Origin: Bacillota bacterium
Lineage (GTDB): Bacteria; Bacillota; Limnochordia; Darwinibacteriales; Darwinibacteriaceae
Length of the DNA stretch: 64,000 bases
Assembly (NCBI GenBank): GCA_012520315.1
Contig: JAAYOM010000018.1
Location: forward strand, 3,530 to 67,529
Direction: 5' to 3'
How positions within the stretch are numbered: position 1 is the stretch's first letter; each line of letters begins with the position of its first letter. A program made the translations under genes and the position numbers. Below the pieces are notes generated by a model, which was not told the DNA's origin, did no database searches, and saw only the letters and a program-made list of their open reading frames with translations. This document shows positions 30,443 through 42,153 of the stretch, piece after piece.

Positions 30443-31439
30443 TTGTACTTCCCCCTGCCCACCATCTTAAAAGGAGTGCCGACCAGGTCAGTCCTGCACC
30501 AAATCCAACGAGTACCACATAATCGCCATGCTTGAGCTGACCCGAACTGGCCAGTTCATCTAAGGCCAAGCCGATGCTGGCTGCCGAAGTGTTGCCGTAG
30601 CGGTCTACGTTGACAAAGAACTTTTCTTCAGGAATACCCAAGCGGTCCGCAGCGGCCTTAATAATGCGCACATTCGCTTGGTGAGGTACAATCCAGTCTA
30701 CCTCTTCTAAATTCAATCCTGCACTCCTGACCACGTGCCTGGCCGCCTCATCCATGATTCGGACAGCAAATTTGAACACATCACTGCCCTGCATTTTGAT
30801 GTAGTGTTCACGGCTCTCTACAGTAGCCAAGGAGGCGGGCTTCAGCGACCCTCCGGCAGGCATCTGGAGTGCAGCGCCGCTGGCGCCGTCTGCACCGAGC
30901 TCGGAGGCTAAAATTCCAAATCCTGCTGGAACTGATCCTAAGACTGCCGCCCCGGCACCGTCTCCGAAGAGTACGCAGGTGGCACGATCTTCATAATCAG
31001 TGATGCGGCTCAGCAAATCCACCCCGACGACAAGGGCTTTCTTGTAGGGGCCGCTCCGCAGCATGCTGGCGGCGACAGTGAGGGCATAGCCAAATCCGCT
31101 GCAGCCGGCAGAAAGATCAAAAGCAGGAATCCTGCCGATGCCGAGCCGGTCCTGGAGCAGGCAGGCAGTTGCTGGAAAGGCCATGTCTGGAGTAACAGTC
31201 GCGCAAATAATCAGATCTATTTCCTCTGGGTTAAGTCCTGCCCCATCCAGGGCCTTGACCGCAGCCTCATAGGCAAAGTGGGAGGATGCTGTACCTTCCT
31301 CAGCAACTCTCCGTTCCTTAATCCCGGTTCGAGAAACAATCCATTCATCAGAAGTATCAACCATTGTTTCCAGTTCGGCATTGGTTAATACCCGCTTGGG
31401 AACGGCCAAGCCTGTTCCCAGAATGCCAATATGCGTCAC
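30435..31439 (-). CDS. fabH: 3-oxoacyl-ACP synthase III
   Basis: KAS III with the active Cys in SAGCSGFGYAL and C-terminal His/Asn motifs. Confidence 0.9.
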   Translation of the reverse strand: MTHIGILGTGLAVPKRVLTNAELETMVDTSDEWIVSRTGIKERRVAEEGTASSHFAYEAAVKALDGAGLNPEEIDLIICATVTPDMAFPATACLLQDRLGIGRIPAFDLSAGCSGFGYALTVAASMLRSGPYKKALVVGVDLLSRITDYEDRATCVLFGDGAGAAVLGSVPAGFGILASELGADGASGAALQMPAGGSLKPASLATVESREHYIKMQGSDVFKFAVRIMDEAARHVVRSAGLNLEEVDWIVPHQANVRIIKAAADRLGIPEEKFFVNVDRYGNTSAASIGLALDELASSGQLKHGDYVVLVGFGAGLTWSALLLRWWAGGSTSG

Positions 31440-32444
31440 CTATGTTGCCATCCTCTCCGCAATCCCTTGCACGATATTTTGCTGGACGCCCTCTTTGGCA
31501 ACCCGAATAGCGTTGTAAATTGCTTTAGCATTCGAGCCACCATGGGCAATAATCACTACACCATTGACGCCCAAAAGCGGCGCTCCGCCATACTCCGTAT
31601 AATCCACTTTTTTCTTAATCTCCCGCAGGCCAGGCTTGAGCAAGAGTGCACCCATTTTCGTCGACAGAGAACTGGTGAACTCCTCTTTCATCATGCCAAA
31701 GAGGGCGTCTGCCAAGCCTTCAGCAAACTTGAGCACAACATTTCCTACGAAACCGTCACAGACCACTACATCACAATGTCCGGCAGAAATATCCCGGCCT
31801 TCAATATTACCCACGAAGTTCAATGAAGCATCCTGCAGCATTGTGTAGACTTCCTTCACCAGGCTGTTGCCCTTGCTGGGCTCGTGTCCGATGTTTAAAA
31901 GTCCCACCCTGGGCCGATGAATGCGGAGCACATTCTCCGCATAAATAGATCCCATCTGGGCGAACTGGACCAGCTGACTTGGTTTGCAGTCCACATTGGC
32001 GCCTACGTCTACGATCAAAGCTACACCGGTACGGGTAGGCATTAAACTTGTAATGGCCGGCCGTTCCACTCCCTTAATGCGGCGAATGGTAAGTACTCCA
32101 GCAGCCATTGTGGCTCCTGTACTTCCTGCGCTGACCAGGGCGCCGGCGGCCCCTTCCTTGACCAGGCGGGCGGCCTGAACCAGTGAAGAGTTAGGTTTGC
32201 TGCGCACCGCTTCTGCCGCTTCATCCATTTGGATCACTTCAGGAGCATGCACGATTTCAATCAGATCACTTCCAGGTTTCCCGTTTATCAGTGATTTCAA
32301 TCTCGTTTCATTTCCGGTCAGAATCACCCTGATCCCGTCCTGCTCTGCAGCCTGGAGGGCACCCTTCACAATCTGCTCCGGAGCATAATCCCCTCCAAAG
32401 GCATCTACTGCAATTTTAATCACGGCCCACTCCCCCTTTTTCAC
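31440..32444 (-). CDS. plsX: Phosphate acyltransferase PlsX
   Basis: IAVDAFGGDYAP N-terminal motif of the PlsX family. Confidence 0.9.
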   Translation of the reverse strand: MKKGEWAVIKIAVDAFGGDYAPEQIVKGALQAAEQDGIRVILTGNETRLKSLINGKPGSDLIEIVHAPEVIQMDEAAEAVRSKPNSSLVQAARLVKEGAAGALVSAGSTGATMAAGVLTIRRIKGVERPAITSLMPTRTGVALIVDVGANVDCKPSQLVQFAQMGSIYAENVLRIHRPRVGLLNIGHEPSKGNSLVKEVYTMLQDASLNFVGNIEGRDISAGHCDVVVCDGFVGNVVLKFAEGLADALFGMMKEEFTSSLSTKMGALLLKPGLREIKKKVDYTEYGGAPLLGVNGVVIIAHGGSNAKAIYNAIRVAKEGVQQNIVQGIAERMAT

Positions 32445-33000
32445 TCACATCGACCACAACAAACTCACCGCGAAACACGATTTCATCATGGACAAAGCTG
32501 CTCACACTGACTTGATAGCGATTGCCTTGGACTGAGGTGACATTGGCTTTAGCCACGACCCGCTCTCCAAGGTGGACTGTTTGATAAAACCTGACTTCAG
32601 CCGTCTTGGTTAACACTACTTCGGAGTCGACCAAAGCTACAGCCATAGAGTTCCCCTGGGCAAAGAGGAAGTGTCCGCGCATGATCTGATTGCGGGCAAA
32701 AACCATCTCATCTGTAACCATCAGAACAGATGTGGCATTGCGCCCTAAGTTCAGCTCAACCAACTCGCCTATGACTTCTTCACCGCTGAGGGCACGAACC
32801 TCAGAGTAGGTGCGGGAAGCGATCTGCCGTGCCCTTTCCCGCAGTTCAGGAATATCCAAGGCCATCCTGTCCAGGCGAATAGTGGCTACACTCACCTGCA
32901 GTTCGTCCGCTAACTGCCAATCGGTTAAAAACGGATCTTCCCGCAACAAATCCTGCAGAGCCTTGCGCCGCTCTTTGCGGTCCAGTTTAGGTTTCATCAA
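32416..33000 (-). CDS. fapR: Fatty acid/phospholipid synthesis transcription factor FapR
   Basis: N-terminal HTH (DWQLADELQVSVATIRLDRMAL) plus a hot-dog thioesterase-like effector domain; first gene of the fapR-plsX-fab operon as in Bacillus. Confidence 0.85.
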   Translation of the reverse strand: MMKPKLDRKERRKALQDLLREDPFLTDWQLADELQVSVATIRLDRMALDIPELRERARQIASRTYSEVRALSGEEVIGELVELNLGRNATSVLMVTDEMVFARNQIMRGHFLFAQGNSMAVALVDSEVVLTKTAEVRFYQTVHLGERVVAKANVTSVQGNRYQVSVSSFVHDEIVFRGEFVVVDVSEKGGVGRD

Positions 33001-33022
33001 GCCGCCTCCTTATCGCCAAGTA

Positions 33023-33039
33023 TTAGTACCAGGTTATAA
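33023..33039 (-). promoter_or_regulatory. Candidate FapR operator (TTAGTACCAGGTTATAA) in the fapR leader
   Basis: A 17-bp element resembling the partially palindromic B. subtilis FapR box (TTAGTA-N5-TAnTAA class) sits 22 bp upstream of the fapR start. A possible -35/-10 (TTTACT/TATACT) lies just upstream on the minus strand. Confidence 0.4.
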
Positions 33040-33129
33040 GTGAACTATCTTGAGTATAGTGCATCTGAACAGTAAAGTAAAGAAAAATCTCCAAAAAAAA
33101 GATGCCCTTTCCAGGACACCTTCTCCAAA

Positions 33130-33318
33130 TTATTCAGCTTCTTTAATCGTCACAACTTGACGTCCTTTGTATGTGCCACAGCTGAGGCATACTCGATGAG
33201 GCAATTTTGGTTCACGACAATTAGGACAAATATTAGCTGCAACGGCTTCCATACGATGCCAGTTGGCTCTGCGCTTGTTAACTCTTGCTTTTGAATGTCT
33301 TCTCTTTGGAACTGCCAT
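33130..33318 (-). CDS. rpmF: 50S ribosomal protein L32
   Basis: MAVPKRRHSKARVNKRRANW plus a CxxC...CxxC zinc ribbon. Confidence 0.95.
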   Translation of the reverse strand: MAVPKRRHSKARVNKRRANWHRMEAVAANICPNCREPKLPHRVCLSCGTYKGRQVVTIKEAE

Positions 33319-33841
33319 GGTCTTTCCTCCTCTCTGGCGTGGTCGTTTCCGACACTTGTTGTAGCAGTTTGCTTAAAGGTGCCAATCGAATGTCAATATT
33401 AGGATCGGGGCACTCGCAAGTGCCTTCCGATAAGAGGGTTCCACAGCCCGGACACAACCCGGGGCAATCCTCCCGGCACACCGGTTTCATCGGGATGTTC
33501 ACTAATACAGACTCTTCAATCAGGCTGGTTAAGTCGATTTCATGCCCTTCCACTAGAAGGTCATCATCCCAGAGAGGATCTTCCTCCTCTAAAGGATGGA
33601 TCGAAAACTCTTCTGCAATGGATGTCTCAATCGTCGTTTGCATGGGTTTTAGACATCGGCTGCACAGAAGTTCTGCCTCCACCGACAACACCCCTGTCAC
33701 CAGGTATCCGTCGCCAGTGTTGGTCACTTTCAGGTTACATACAATGGGACCTGCCGCCTCTCTAAAACTGGCTGGGAGTTCTTTGCTCACTTCCAAACAA
33801 GCTCCCTTGCGACCCATGATCGAACTTATGTTGAGACGCAT
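33278..33841 (-). CDS. yceD: YceD/DUF177 family protein (large-subunit rRNA accumulation protein)
   Basis: 187 aa with a four-Cys cluster (CSRC...CPGC) typical of DUF177; conserved immediately upstream of rpmF. Confidence 0.85.
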   Translation of the reverse strand: MRLNISSIMGRKGACLEVSKELPASFREAAGPIVCNLKVTNTGDGYLVTGVLSVEAELLCSRCLKPMQTTIETSIAEEFSIHPLEEEDPLWDDDLLVEGHEIDLTSLIEESVLVNIPMKPVCREDCPGLCPGCGTLLSEGTCECPDPNIDIRLAPLSKLLQQVSETTTPERRKDHGSSKEKTFKSKS

Positions 33842-33963
33842 CTAAATCACCTCATAGATTATACAAAGATTCCCTCACGCTGTCAACTGCCACAGGGGGC
33901 AGTCATAAAGATTAACTCGGATTAGTATGAATTAGCATAAGGACAGTAAAGGGTGTGTGAACT

Positions 33964-35175
33964 GTGACTCGAAGTCGAATTTTGGCGGTAATCGTCTTTC
34001 TCGTCGCTGCCATGACAGTAGTCTTCCCCGAGACAGCTTTCCTGGCCTCGCTGGAAGGCCTTAAACTCTGGTTTGAAATCGTCCTGCCTACCCTGCTGCC
34101 CTTCTTTATTATGGCAGAGCTGCTCATGGGACTTGGGGTAGTGCACTTTATCGGCTCACTTTTAGAACCTGTTATGCGCCCCTTATTTAGACTTCCCGGC
34201 GTAGGGGGCTTTGCGGTAGCCATGGGCATTACGGCTGGATATCCCTTAGGAGCGAAAATTACAGGGGAGCTTGCCCGCAACAAATCCCTGACCCAAGTCG
34301 AGGCCGAGCGGCTGGCTGGATTTGCCACCACCGCAGGTCCCCTCTTTTTGATCGGGGCAGTAGGCCTCGGCATGTTCGGCCAACAGGAACTAGGAGTCAC
34401 CTTGCTGATCGCGCATTGGCTGGGAGCCCTCTGCGTAGGATTTTGCCTGCGTCTGCATAAAGGCCCCGAGAGCCCAAAAATAAAAAGAGAAGGCTCATAC
34501 CTGGGGCAGGCTGTCAAGGCTCTGGATAAAGCCCGCCGCAGTGACGGACGTCCTTTCGGCCGGGTCTTCAGCGATGCAGTCCGGGAGACTGTGCAGTCCA
34601 TGCTCTTTATCGGCGGCTGCATTATGTTCTTTTCCGTCCTGGTGCAGGTAATTAGCGCCGCCGGCATTCTAAGTCCGGTTAAGACAGTCATAGGCGGTCT
34701 TTTGCATCTGATTGGCTTTGACGCCTCTCTAGCAGACGCTCTGCTCCATGGTTTCTTTGAGACCACCCTCGGTGCCCAAACCGCCAGCCAGAGCGTGGCA
34801 TCCTTGGGCGCCAAGGCCTCCATTGCCAGCCTAATCATTGGCTGGAGCGGACTCTCAGTCCAGATGCAGGCGGCCACAATGCTCTCAGGAACTAATGTGC
34901 GCTTCAAGCCCTTTCTCTATGCCCGCATCTTGCACGGACTCTTCTCCGGCATTTTCACCGCCCTGTTATTAGGACCGATCAGTTTCGTTCCCGCATCTTT
35001 CAAGCAAGCGCTGCCGGCTGTCAGCACAAGCGAGTATCTGAATGGAAATTTTGCCGTGCGCTTTCTAGCCTCAGCACGCCTGGCCACTAGTTTTCTCTTA
35101 ATTCTTGTGATTATTCTAAGCGTGGTCTGGCTCCTGAAACGGATGATCTACATCTCTTTTCGGCCCCGCACCTAA
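33964..35175 (+). CDS. ylbJ: Sporulation integral membrane protein YlbJ (nucleoside-recognition/Gate domains)
   Basis: Polytopic membrane protein with two Gate-like halves; divergent from yceD-rpmF exactly as ylbJ is in B. subtilis. GTG start preceded by AAGGGTG. Confidence 0.8.
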   Translation: MTRSRILAVIVFLVAAMTVVFPETAFLASLEGLKLWFEIVLPTLLPFFIMAELLMGLGVVHFIGSLLEPVMRPLFRLPGVGGFAVAMGITAGYPLGAKITGELARNKSLTQVEAERLAGFATTAGPLFLIGAVGLGMFGQQELGVTLLIAHWLGALCVGFCLRLHKGPESPKIKREGSYLGQAVKALDKARRSDGRPFGRVFSDAVRETVQSMLFIGGCIMFFSVLVQVISAAGILSPVKTVIGGLLHLIGFDASLADALLHGFFETTLGAQTASQSVASLGAKASIASLIIGWSGLSVQMQAATMLSGTNVRFKPFLYARILHGLFSGIFTALLLGPISFVPASFKQALPAVSTSEYLNGNFAVRFLASARLATSFLLILVIILSVVWLLKRMIYISFRPRT

Positions 35176-35627
35176 TCTTCCGCTGCAAGCTCATTGATAC
35201 CGGCATCCACAACCTGCAGGGTCTTAGTCAAAGCCTCGCTTAAGTCGGAGAGAATCTGCTGTGCGTACTCCTTTGAACCCCGCTCGATTTCGGCAGCCTG
35301 ACGCTTAGTTTCCTCCAGGAGCAGCTTACTTTCGGCCTCCGCCTGGCGATAAATCTCACTGCTGGCCACCAGCTTCTGCGCGTACTCTTCGGCCTTGGCA
35401 ATAATCCGTTTCGCCTGCTCCTGACCATCGGCAATCAGCTTGTCCTTCTCAGAGGAAACTACCTCTGCCCGCTTTACCTCTTCAGGAATAGCCGCTCGGA
35501 TAATGTCTAGCAAGTCAAAGAGCTCATCAGCGTCAACGAGAACCCTGCCAACTAAAGGAACTTCAGGTGCCTTCTCCACTAGTGCTTCCAATTGGTCAAT
35601 TAAGACCAGAAGATTCACTCGGTTCAC
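35172..35627 (-). CDS. Coiled-coil protein, hypothetical (ATP-synthase-b-like heptad region)
   Basis: 151 aa with a charged alpha-helical C-terminal half (AKRIIAKAEEYAQKLVASSEIYRQAEAESK...). It is translationally coupled to coaD; no family could be recognised. Confidence 0.45.
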   Translation of the reverse strand: MNRVNLLVLIDQLEALVEKAPEVPLVGRVLVDADELFDLLDIIRAAIPEEVKRAEVVSSEKDKLIADGQEQAKRIIAKAEEYAQKLVASSEIYRQAEAESKLLLEETKRQAAEIERGSKEYAQQILSDLSEALTKTLQVVDAGINELAAED

Positions 35628-35629
35628 AG

Positions 35630-36687
<1,058 letters not shown>

Positions 36688-36707
<20 letters not shown>

Positions 36708-38694
36708 GCTCGCCTGCTAACTCGGGATATGATGCTAAGGTTGGATCCTGGATAAGAAGCTTCTCCACTTGGCCCGCGGCCTGCTGCAAGATCTCCGTGT
36801 CTTCCTCCAGATCTGCCAAGCGGAAGAAGGGCTGTCCCCACTGGCGAACCCCAAGCAAATCTCCTGGTCCCCTAAGGCGCAGATCTTCCTCAGCAATGAA
36901 AAATCCGTCATTAGACCGCCGTACAACCTCAAGCCTCTCCCTGCTGTGGGGTGAGAGATTATAAGCGAGCAAAAAGCAGATTCCAGGTTTGCTGCCCCGT
37001 CCTACGCGGCCCCGGAGCTGATGCAGCTGTGCTAAGCCAAAGCGCTCTGCGTTTTCAATCACCATCACAGTTGCATTGGGCACATCCATGCCTACTTCAA
37101 TTACGGTAGTGGCCAGGAGCACGTCGATTTCTCCGGCAGCAAAGGCCGCGAAGACTTCGTCCTTCTCTTTGCCCATCTGTCCATGAATAAGGCCCACCCG
37201 CACCTTTGCCAGGGGGCCTCTCTGCAGGTCAACCATTTCCTGAGTGGCTGCTTTGAGGTCCATGTGCTCAGATTCCTCAACCAAAGGAAAGACAACATAG
37301 GCCTGCTCCCCCTGGCGCACCCTGGTGACTACATAGCGGTAGACTTCATCGCGCCGGACCGGATCAACCAGGCGCGTATCTATAGGCGTCCGTCCCGCGG
37401 GCAGATCCCGAATTTCAGTAGTATCCAGATCAGCATACATCGTCAGGGCCAAGGAGCGGGGTATTGGGGTTGCGCTCATCACCAACAGATCCGCATTACC
37501 CTTACCCAAGAGGGCCGAACGCTGGCGTACACCAAACCGGTGCTGCTCATCGACAATGGCCAGGGTCAAGTGGCGGAAGTTCACCTTTTCGGTAATCAGG
37601 GCATGGGTGCCCACAACCACGTTACAGTCGCCGCTTTCCAAAGCAGCCCTCACCCTGGCCTGTTCCTTGGCCTTCATGTTCCCAATCAAAAGCTCCACAG
37701 CAAGACCTAAAGGCTCCAGGGAGTTTTTTAGCCGCTGCACCATTTGCCTAGCCAGCACCTCGGTGGGAACCATCATGGCCACCTGGCCAAAGCTGGCCGC
37801 GGCCTTAACAGCAGCGTATTCAGCAACAACTGTCTTGCCTGAACCAACGTCGCCCTGAATTAAACGGCGCATCGGGCGCCGTGCTTCCATGTCCAGGGCC
37901 ACTTGTTCGATGGCTTCCCTTTGCCCTTTAGTTAGTGTAAAGGGGAGATTGGCAAAATAGCGTTTCACAAGCTCGCCGTCTGACTGATGGGCAATGCCGT
38001 CTGCATGCCTTTTTCCCCTCTGCAGTCCTAGGAGAAAGAGGAAGAACTCTTCGAAGACCAAGCGCTCCCGGGCCCGTTCATAGCTCGTCCAGTCCCTGGG
38101 AAAGTGAATCTCTCTGATCGCTTCCCTGCGGCCTAGACGGGTGCCCCTGACTGCTTCAGGCAGGCATTCGGGCAGAAATTCCAGATGCTTCAAGGCCGTC
38201 TCCGCCCAGCGCAGGCGCTGATCATTGGAAATCCCTGCCGCCAAGGGATAGACCGGCAGCAAAGGATATTTGGGGGCGCGTAAAAAAACCTCCGGGGAGC
38301 TCATCTCCGGACCGAAAAGTCCGGGTCTGGGCACGCCATAGACCCACAGGCGCCCGGCCCTTTCTAACTTGCGATAAAGGTAGCTTGAACCATGCCCTTT
38401 GTGATAAACAAACCAGGTTAGCCGGAGTGACTGTCCGAGCTGGCCCTGGATTATGCGGCGCCCCCTGGAAATGCGGCGCTCGGTCAGGTTTGTGAGCTGC
38501 CCAAAGGTCAGCTGCGGCGTATCAATTTTAACCTGCTCCGGTGCTACCGTTTTCTGAAAGTCCTTATAATCCCTGGGATAACTGAACAAAACATCACGCA
38601 CTGTTTCTAATCCTAGGGCCCTAATGGTTTGGGCACGCTTCTCTCCAATGCCGGGAAGCACTGTAACCGGAGCATCCAGCATACTTTGCACCAC
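36688..38694 (-). CDS. recG: ATP-dependent DNA helicase RecG
   Basis: Wedge domain plus SF2 helicase motifs (GDVGSGKT, DEQHRFG). Confidence 0.95.
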
Positions 38695-38710
38695 TAAACC
38701 ACCCCATTCT

Positions 38711-38753
38711 ACAAAAAGACCCTTATCCTGCAGATTGCTCAGGGATAAGGGTC
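38711..38753 (-). terminator. Rho-independent terminator downstream of degV/fakB
   Basis: 11-bp perfect stem (GACCCTTATCC/GGATAAGGGTC) followed by TTTTTGT on the minus strand. Confidence 0.55.
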
Positions 38754-38777
38754 GCCGCCCACGTCAGGCAGGCTCTC

Positions 38778-39635
38778 TCAGACAGCATAAAGGAAGAGGG
38801 CAACAACACCGGGACCTGTGTGAACACCAATTGTCGGTCCAATTTCACCCATTAACACTTCACCATCTACAGGCAGAATCTTGGCCAGGGCCTCCTGAAT
38901 CTGAGCAGCCTCATCCGGGCTTACAGCATGGCTGAGGGCCGCTCGTACGCTTTTGTCAGGAAATTTCTCCTTGAACTGATTCACAAGTTCACGCACCCGT
39001 TTCAGCGCCTTAGCCTTGCCCCGAATCTTCTCAAAGGGGGCCACTTCCCCATCAACTAAGGTGAGGATAGGCTTAATATTGAGCATAGTGCCTACCAGAG
39101 CCGAAGCCAGCCCAATCCGGCCGTTCTTCTTCAAATACTCCAAAGTGTCCACGACGAAGTAGACCTGGAGCTGATCGACTGCTTGCTGCACATCGGCGAG
39201 AATCTCATCCAGATCCTTTCCAGCCTGCACACCCTGGGCCGCAGTGGCTGCCACAAGTCCCAGGCCCATCGACGCAGACTTGCTGTCGACCACCTTAACT
39301 TGAATATCCGAGTCAAGCATGGTGCTGGCCAGAACAGCCGATTGGTAAGTCCCGCTCATCTTGCTGCTTAAATGAACAGAGATGATGGTGTCCCCAGGCT
39401 GGGCAATTGCTTCATACATGGCGACAAAATCGGCGGGCGACGGCTGACAGGTGCTGGGCATCTCGCTTTCAGCCTTCAGCTTAGCATAAAATTCAGAGAC
39501 AGAAATCTCTTCCCCATCTTTATAAATATCTGAACCAAACTGAACTGTCAAAGGCACTACATTTATCGCCAGGCGCTGTCGAACCTCCATGGACAGATCT
39601 GATCCGCTATCGGTCACAACATGGATTTTTCCCAT
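38778..39635 (-). CDS. fakB: DegV family fatty-acid-binding protein (FakB-like)
   Basis: DegV N-terminus (IHVVTDSGSDLS) and a DegV-type fatty-acid-binding fold. Confidence 0.85.
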   Translation of the reverse strand: MGKIHVVTDSGSDLSMEVRQRLAINVVPLTVQFGSDIYKDGEEISVSEFYAKLKAESEMPSTCQPSPADFVAMYEAIAQPGDTIISVHLSSKMSGTYQSAVLASTMLDSDIQVKVVDSKSASMGLGLVAATAAQGVQAGKDLDEILADVQQAVDQLQVYFVVDTLEYLKKNGRIGLASALVGTMLNIKPILTLVDGEVAPFEKIRGKAKALKRVRELVNQFKEKFPDKSVRAALSHAVSPDEAAQIQEALAKILPVDGEVLMGEIGPTIGVHTGPGVVALFLYAV

Positions 39636-39650
39636 TATATTTCCCCTCCC

Positions 39651-41351
39651 TTATTCTACTGAGACAATATAGTAATATAATGGCTGACCGCCGGCATAGA
39701 CCTCCACTTCGCAATCGGGGTACTTTTCATTCAGCGCTTCGCCTAAAAGTTCAGCCTGTTCAGCTTCCTGATCTTCTCCGTAGTAAACACTGATCACTGT
39801 GGAATCTTCGTCTACCATGGAGTCCAAGAGATCACAGGCAACGTCGTTGGGGTTAGATCCTACCACAGCAATCTTGCCTTCTGCCAGGCCAATGATATCA
39901 CGTTCTTCGATCTGTAAATCGCCAGCCACAGTCGAACGCACCGCGTAGGTGATTTCACCGGTTTTCACTTCGCTGAGGCTGCTTTCCATGGCAGCAACAT
40001 TATCCTCCAGGGGATCGTCCTGCACAAAATACATCATGGCACTAATGCCTTGGGGAGCAGAGCGCGTCGGCACAACCCCGACCTCTTTTTCCACAAGTTC
40101 TTTGACCTGCTGCGCTGCGAAAATTACATTCTTATTATTCGGAAGAATGATTACGGATTTTGCATTCACGCTGTTGACAGCCGTCACCAAATCTTCCGTA
40201 CTTGGATTCATCGTTTGACCGCCGGTGACAACGTAGTCCACGCCTAGGCTGCGGAAAATCTCAGCCAGCCCCTCGCCGGCCACAACCGCCACAACGCCGA
40301 CTTCTGTTGCCTCATTGGACTGTACAGCTGCTTGTGGAAAGCCCACAACATTGTCCACGTTGGCAGAGTAATCCAAACGATGGTTTTCTTTATGGCTGGC
40401 AAACTCCTGGTTCTGCAGCATCATGTTGTCAATGGCAATCTCTGTTAGATTGCCCAGCTCTCCGCAGTACTGTAAAATTTGCCCTGGGTAGGCAGTGTGG
40501 ATGTGCACTTTCGTCACATGCTCATCGCCTACCACAATCACAGAGTCACCTTGGCTTTCCAGCTCTGTGCGGACCTTCTCTGTGTCAATACCTTCTCCGA
40601 GGATGATAAACTCCGTGCAGTATTTATTGACCAGCACTTCCCCTTGGATCTGGACAGCCTCAACAGGTTTCGTTGAAACTTCCAACTGTTCCGCCAGGAG
40701 AACTTCCAGTTCCTCAGGTGCGGTAGTCAATCCTGCCCAAAAGCCTTCAAAAATGCAAAGAAGTCCTTGACCGCCCGCATCTACCACGCCAGCCTCCTTT
40801 AAGACCGGGAGCAGGTTGGGAGTATCGGCTAAGGCCTGCTGCGCGCCGAGCAAAGCAGCCCTAATTACGCCAGCGGCGTCCTTGCCCTCCTCTGCTGCCT
40901 CTTCGGCCGCTTCAGAAGCAACACGGGCAACGGTGAGCATAGTGCCTTCCACCGGTTTCATTACAGCCCGATAGGTGGTCTGGGAGGCAGACACAAAGGC
41001 TCGGGCCAGATCTTCACCTGTCGCCTCAGCTTTCACCTCTGCCAGTCCATCGGCAAAACCCCGGAAGAATTGAGACAAGATCACACCGCTGTTGCCCCTG
41101 GCCCCCATGAGAGAACCCCGGGCCAGAAATTTGGTGAGCGACCCTATTTCAGCGTCACTTGCCCTGTCTAACTCCTTGACTGCCGCATTTAGCGTCAGAG
41201 ACATGTTTGTCCCGGTATCACCATCTGGAACAGGAAACACATTTAAAGCATTAACTGTATCTTTTTGCTGCTCGAGATTGCGTGCTGCGACCAGCAACAT
41301 GTTTTTTAGCGTTACGCCATTTATAACGTCCAAAACATTTCCTCCGATCAC
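39651..41351 (-). CDS. fakA: DAK2-domain fatty acid kinase subunit (YloV/FakA-like)
   Basis: Dak2 N-terminal domain (PVPDGDTGTNMSLTL) plus a DegV-associated C-terminal domain; located between asp23 and degV as in staphylococci and bacilli. Confidence 0.85.
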   Translation of the reverse strand: MIGGNVLDVINGVTLKNMLLVAARNLEQQKDTVNALNVFPVPDGDTGTNMSLTLNAAVKELDRASDAEIGSLTKFLARGSLMGARGNSGVILSQFFRGFADGLAEVKAEATGEDLARAFVSASQTTYRAVMKPVEGTMLTVARVASEAAEEAAEEGKDAAGVIRAALLGAQQALADTPNLLPVLKEAGVVDAGGQGLLCIFEGFWAGLTTAPEELEVLLAEQLEVSTKPVEAVQIQGEVLVNKYCTEFIILGEGIDTEKVRTELESQGDSVIVVGDEHVTKVHIHTAYPGQILQYCGELGNLTEIAIDNMMLQNQEFASHKENHRLDYSANVDNVVGFPQAAVQSNEATEVGVVAVVAGEGLAEIFRSLGVDYVVTGGQTMNPSTEDLVTAVNSVNAKSVIILPNNKNVIFAAQQVKELVEKEVGVVPTRSAPQGISAMMYFVQDDPLEDNVAAMESSLSEVKTGEITYAVRSTVAGDLQIEERDIIGLAEGKIAVVGSNPNDVACDLLDSMVDEDSTVISVYYGEDQEAEQAELLGEALNEKYPDCEVEVYAGGQPLYYYIVSVE

Positions 41352-41716
41352 TTTCTCTTTGCAGATGTAACCCGCACACTCTGAACCTTAACGTTTATGC
41401 TTTCAACGTTGAGGCCCAGCATGGTTTCAACTGCATACTTGACCCGCTCCTGAACAATTCGAGCTACTTCAGATATCTTCACGCCGTACTCTACCACAAT
41501 GTAGAGCGTGATCGTGATACTATCTTCATTAAACTGAATGTCTACACCCCGTTCAAAATTATCCCGGCGGAGCAGGTCAGTTAGTTCATCCTGAATATTG
41601 CGCGGGGCCATGCCTACTAGCCCATAGCATTCCATGGCTGCAACGCCTGCAATGGTGGCGATGACCTCTTCACGTATGGAAACTTTTCCATATTGGGCTT
41701 GAATTTCTTGGGCCAC
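41348..41716 (-). CDS. Asp23/Gls24 family alkaline shock protein (YloU-like)
   Basis: 122 aa with an Asp23 fold; ATGA-coupled to fakA. Confidence 0.85.
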   Translation of the reverse strand: MAQEIQAQYGKVSIREEVIATIAGVAAMECYGLVGMAPRNIQDELTDLLRRDNFERGVDIQFNEDSITITLYIVVEYGVKISEVARIVQERVKYAVETMLGLNVESINVKVQSVRVTSAKRK

Positions 41717-41894
41717 TTATACGTTCCCCCCTAAAAGATTTCCAAATTGGACCATAATCTATCATACCCATTCTAACCATTTGCACCCTACTTGTAAAGG
41801 ATTTTATCCTGACAGGCTTTTGCGCTTGCATTCTGCAAAAGCCTGTGCTAAAATTAGATTCGTTATGGAAACTTGTTCAAAGGGGGTAGAAAAC

Positions 41895-42086
41895 ATGGCC
41901 AGAAGGTGCGTTATCTGTGACAAGGGCACCGCGTTCGGTAATTACAGAAGCCACGCTGAGAATAAAACGCGCAGAAATTGGAAACCAAACCTGCAAAAGG
42001 CTCGCATCGTGCTAAAAGGAAGTCCCAGACGGGCTTATGTATGTACTAGATGTTTGAAGAGCGGAAAAGTAGAACGTGCCTTGTAG
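41895..42086 (+). CDS. rpmB: 50S ribosomal protein L28
   Basis: [35 protein letters not shown]... is the bL28 signature; divergent from asp23 as in B. subtilis. Confidence 0.9.
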   Translation: MARRCVICDKGTAFGNYRSHAENKTRRNWKPNLQKARIVLKGSPRRAYVCTRCLKSGKVERAL

Positions 42087-42121
42087 GTTCGCCCCTGTTT
42101 CAATTGCCTATGAACGTAAAT

Positions 42122-42153
42122 ACCCCTAGGGTTTTCCCTAGGGGTATTTTATG
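42122..42153 (+). terminator. Rho-independent terminator after rpmB
   Basis: ACCCCTAGGG-TTTT-CCCTAGGGGT perfect hairpin followed by ATTTTAT. Confidence 0.55.

Noticed and set aside
33912-34907. 331-aa minus-strand ORF antisense to ylbJ
   Set aside because: Low-complexity Arg/Pro/Ala/Ser-rich translation typical of an antisense frame in a GC-rich membrane-protein gene. The plus-strand YlbJ has clear TM and Gate-domain organisation and conserved context.
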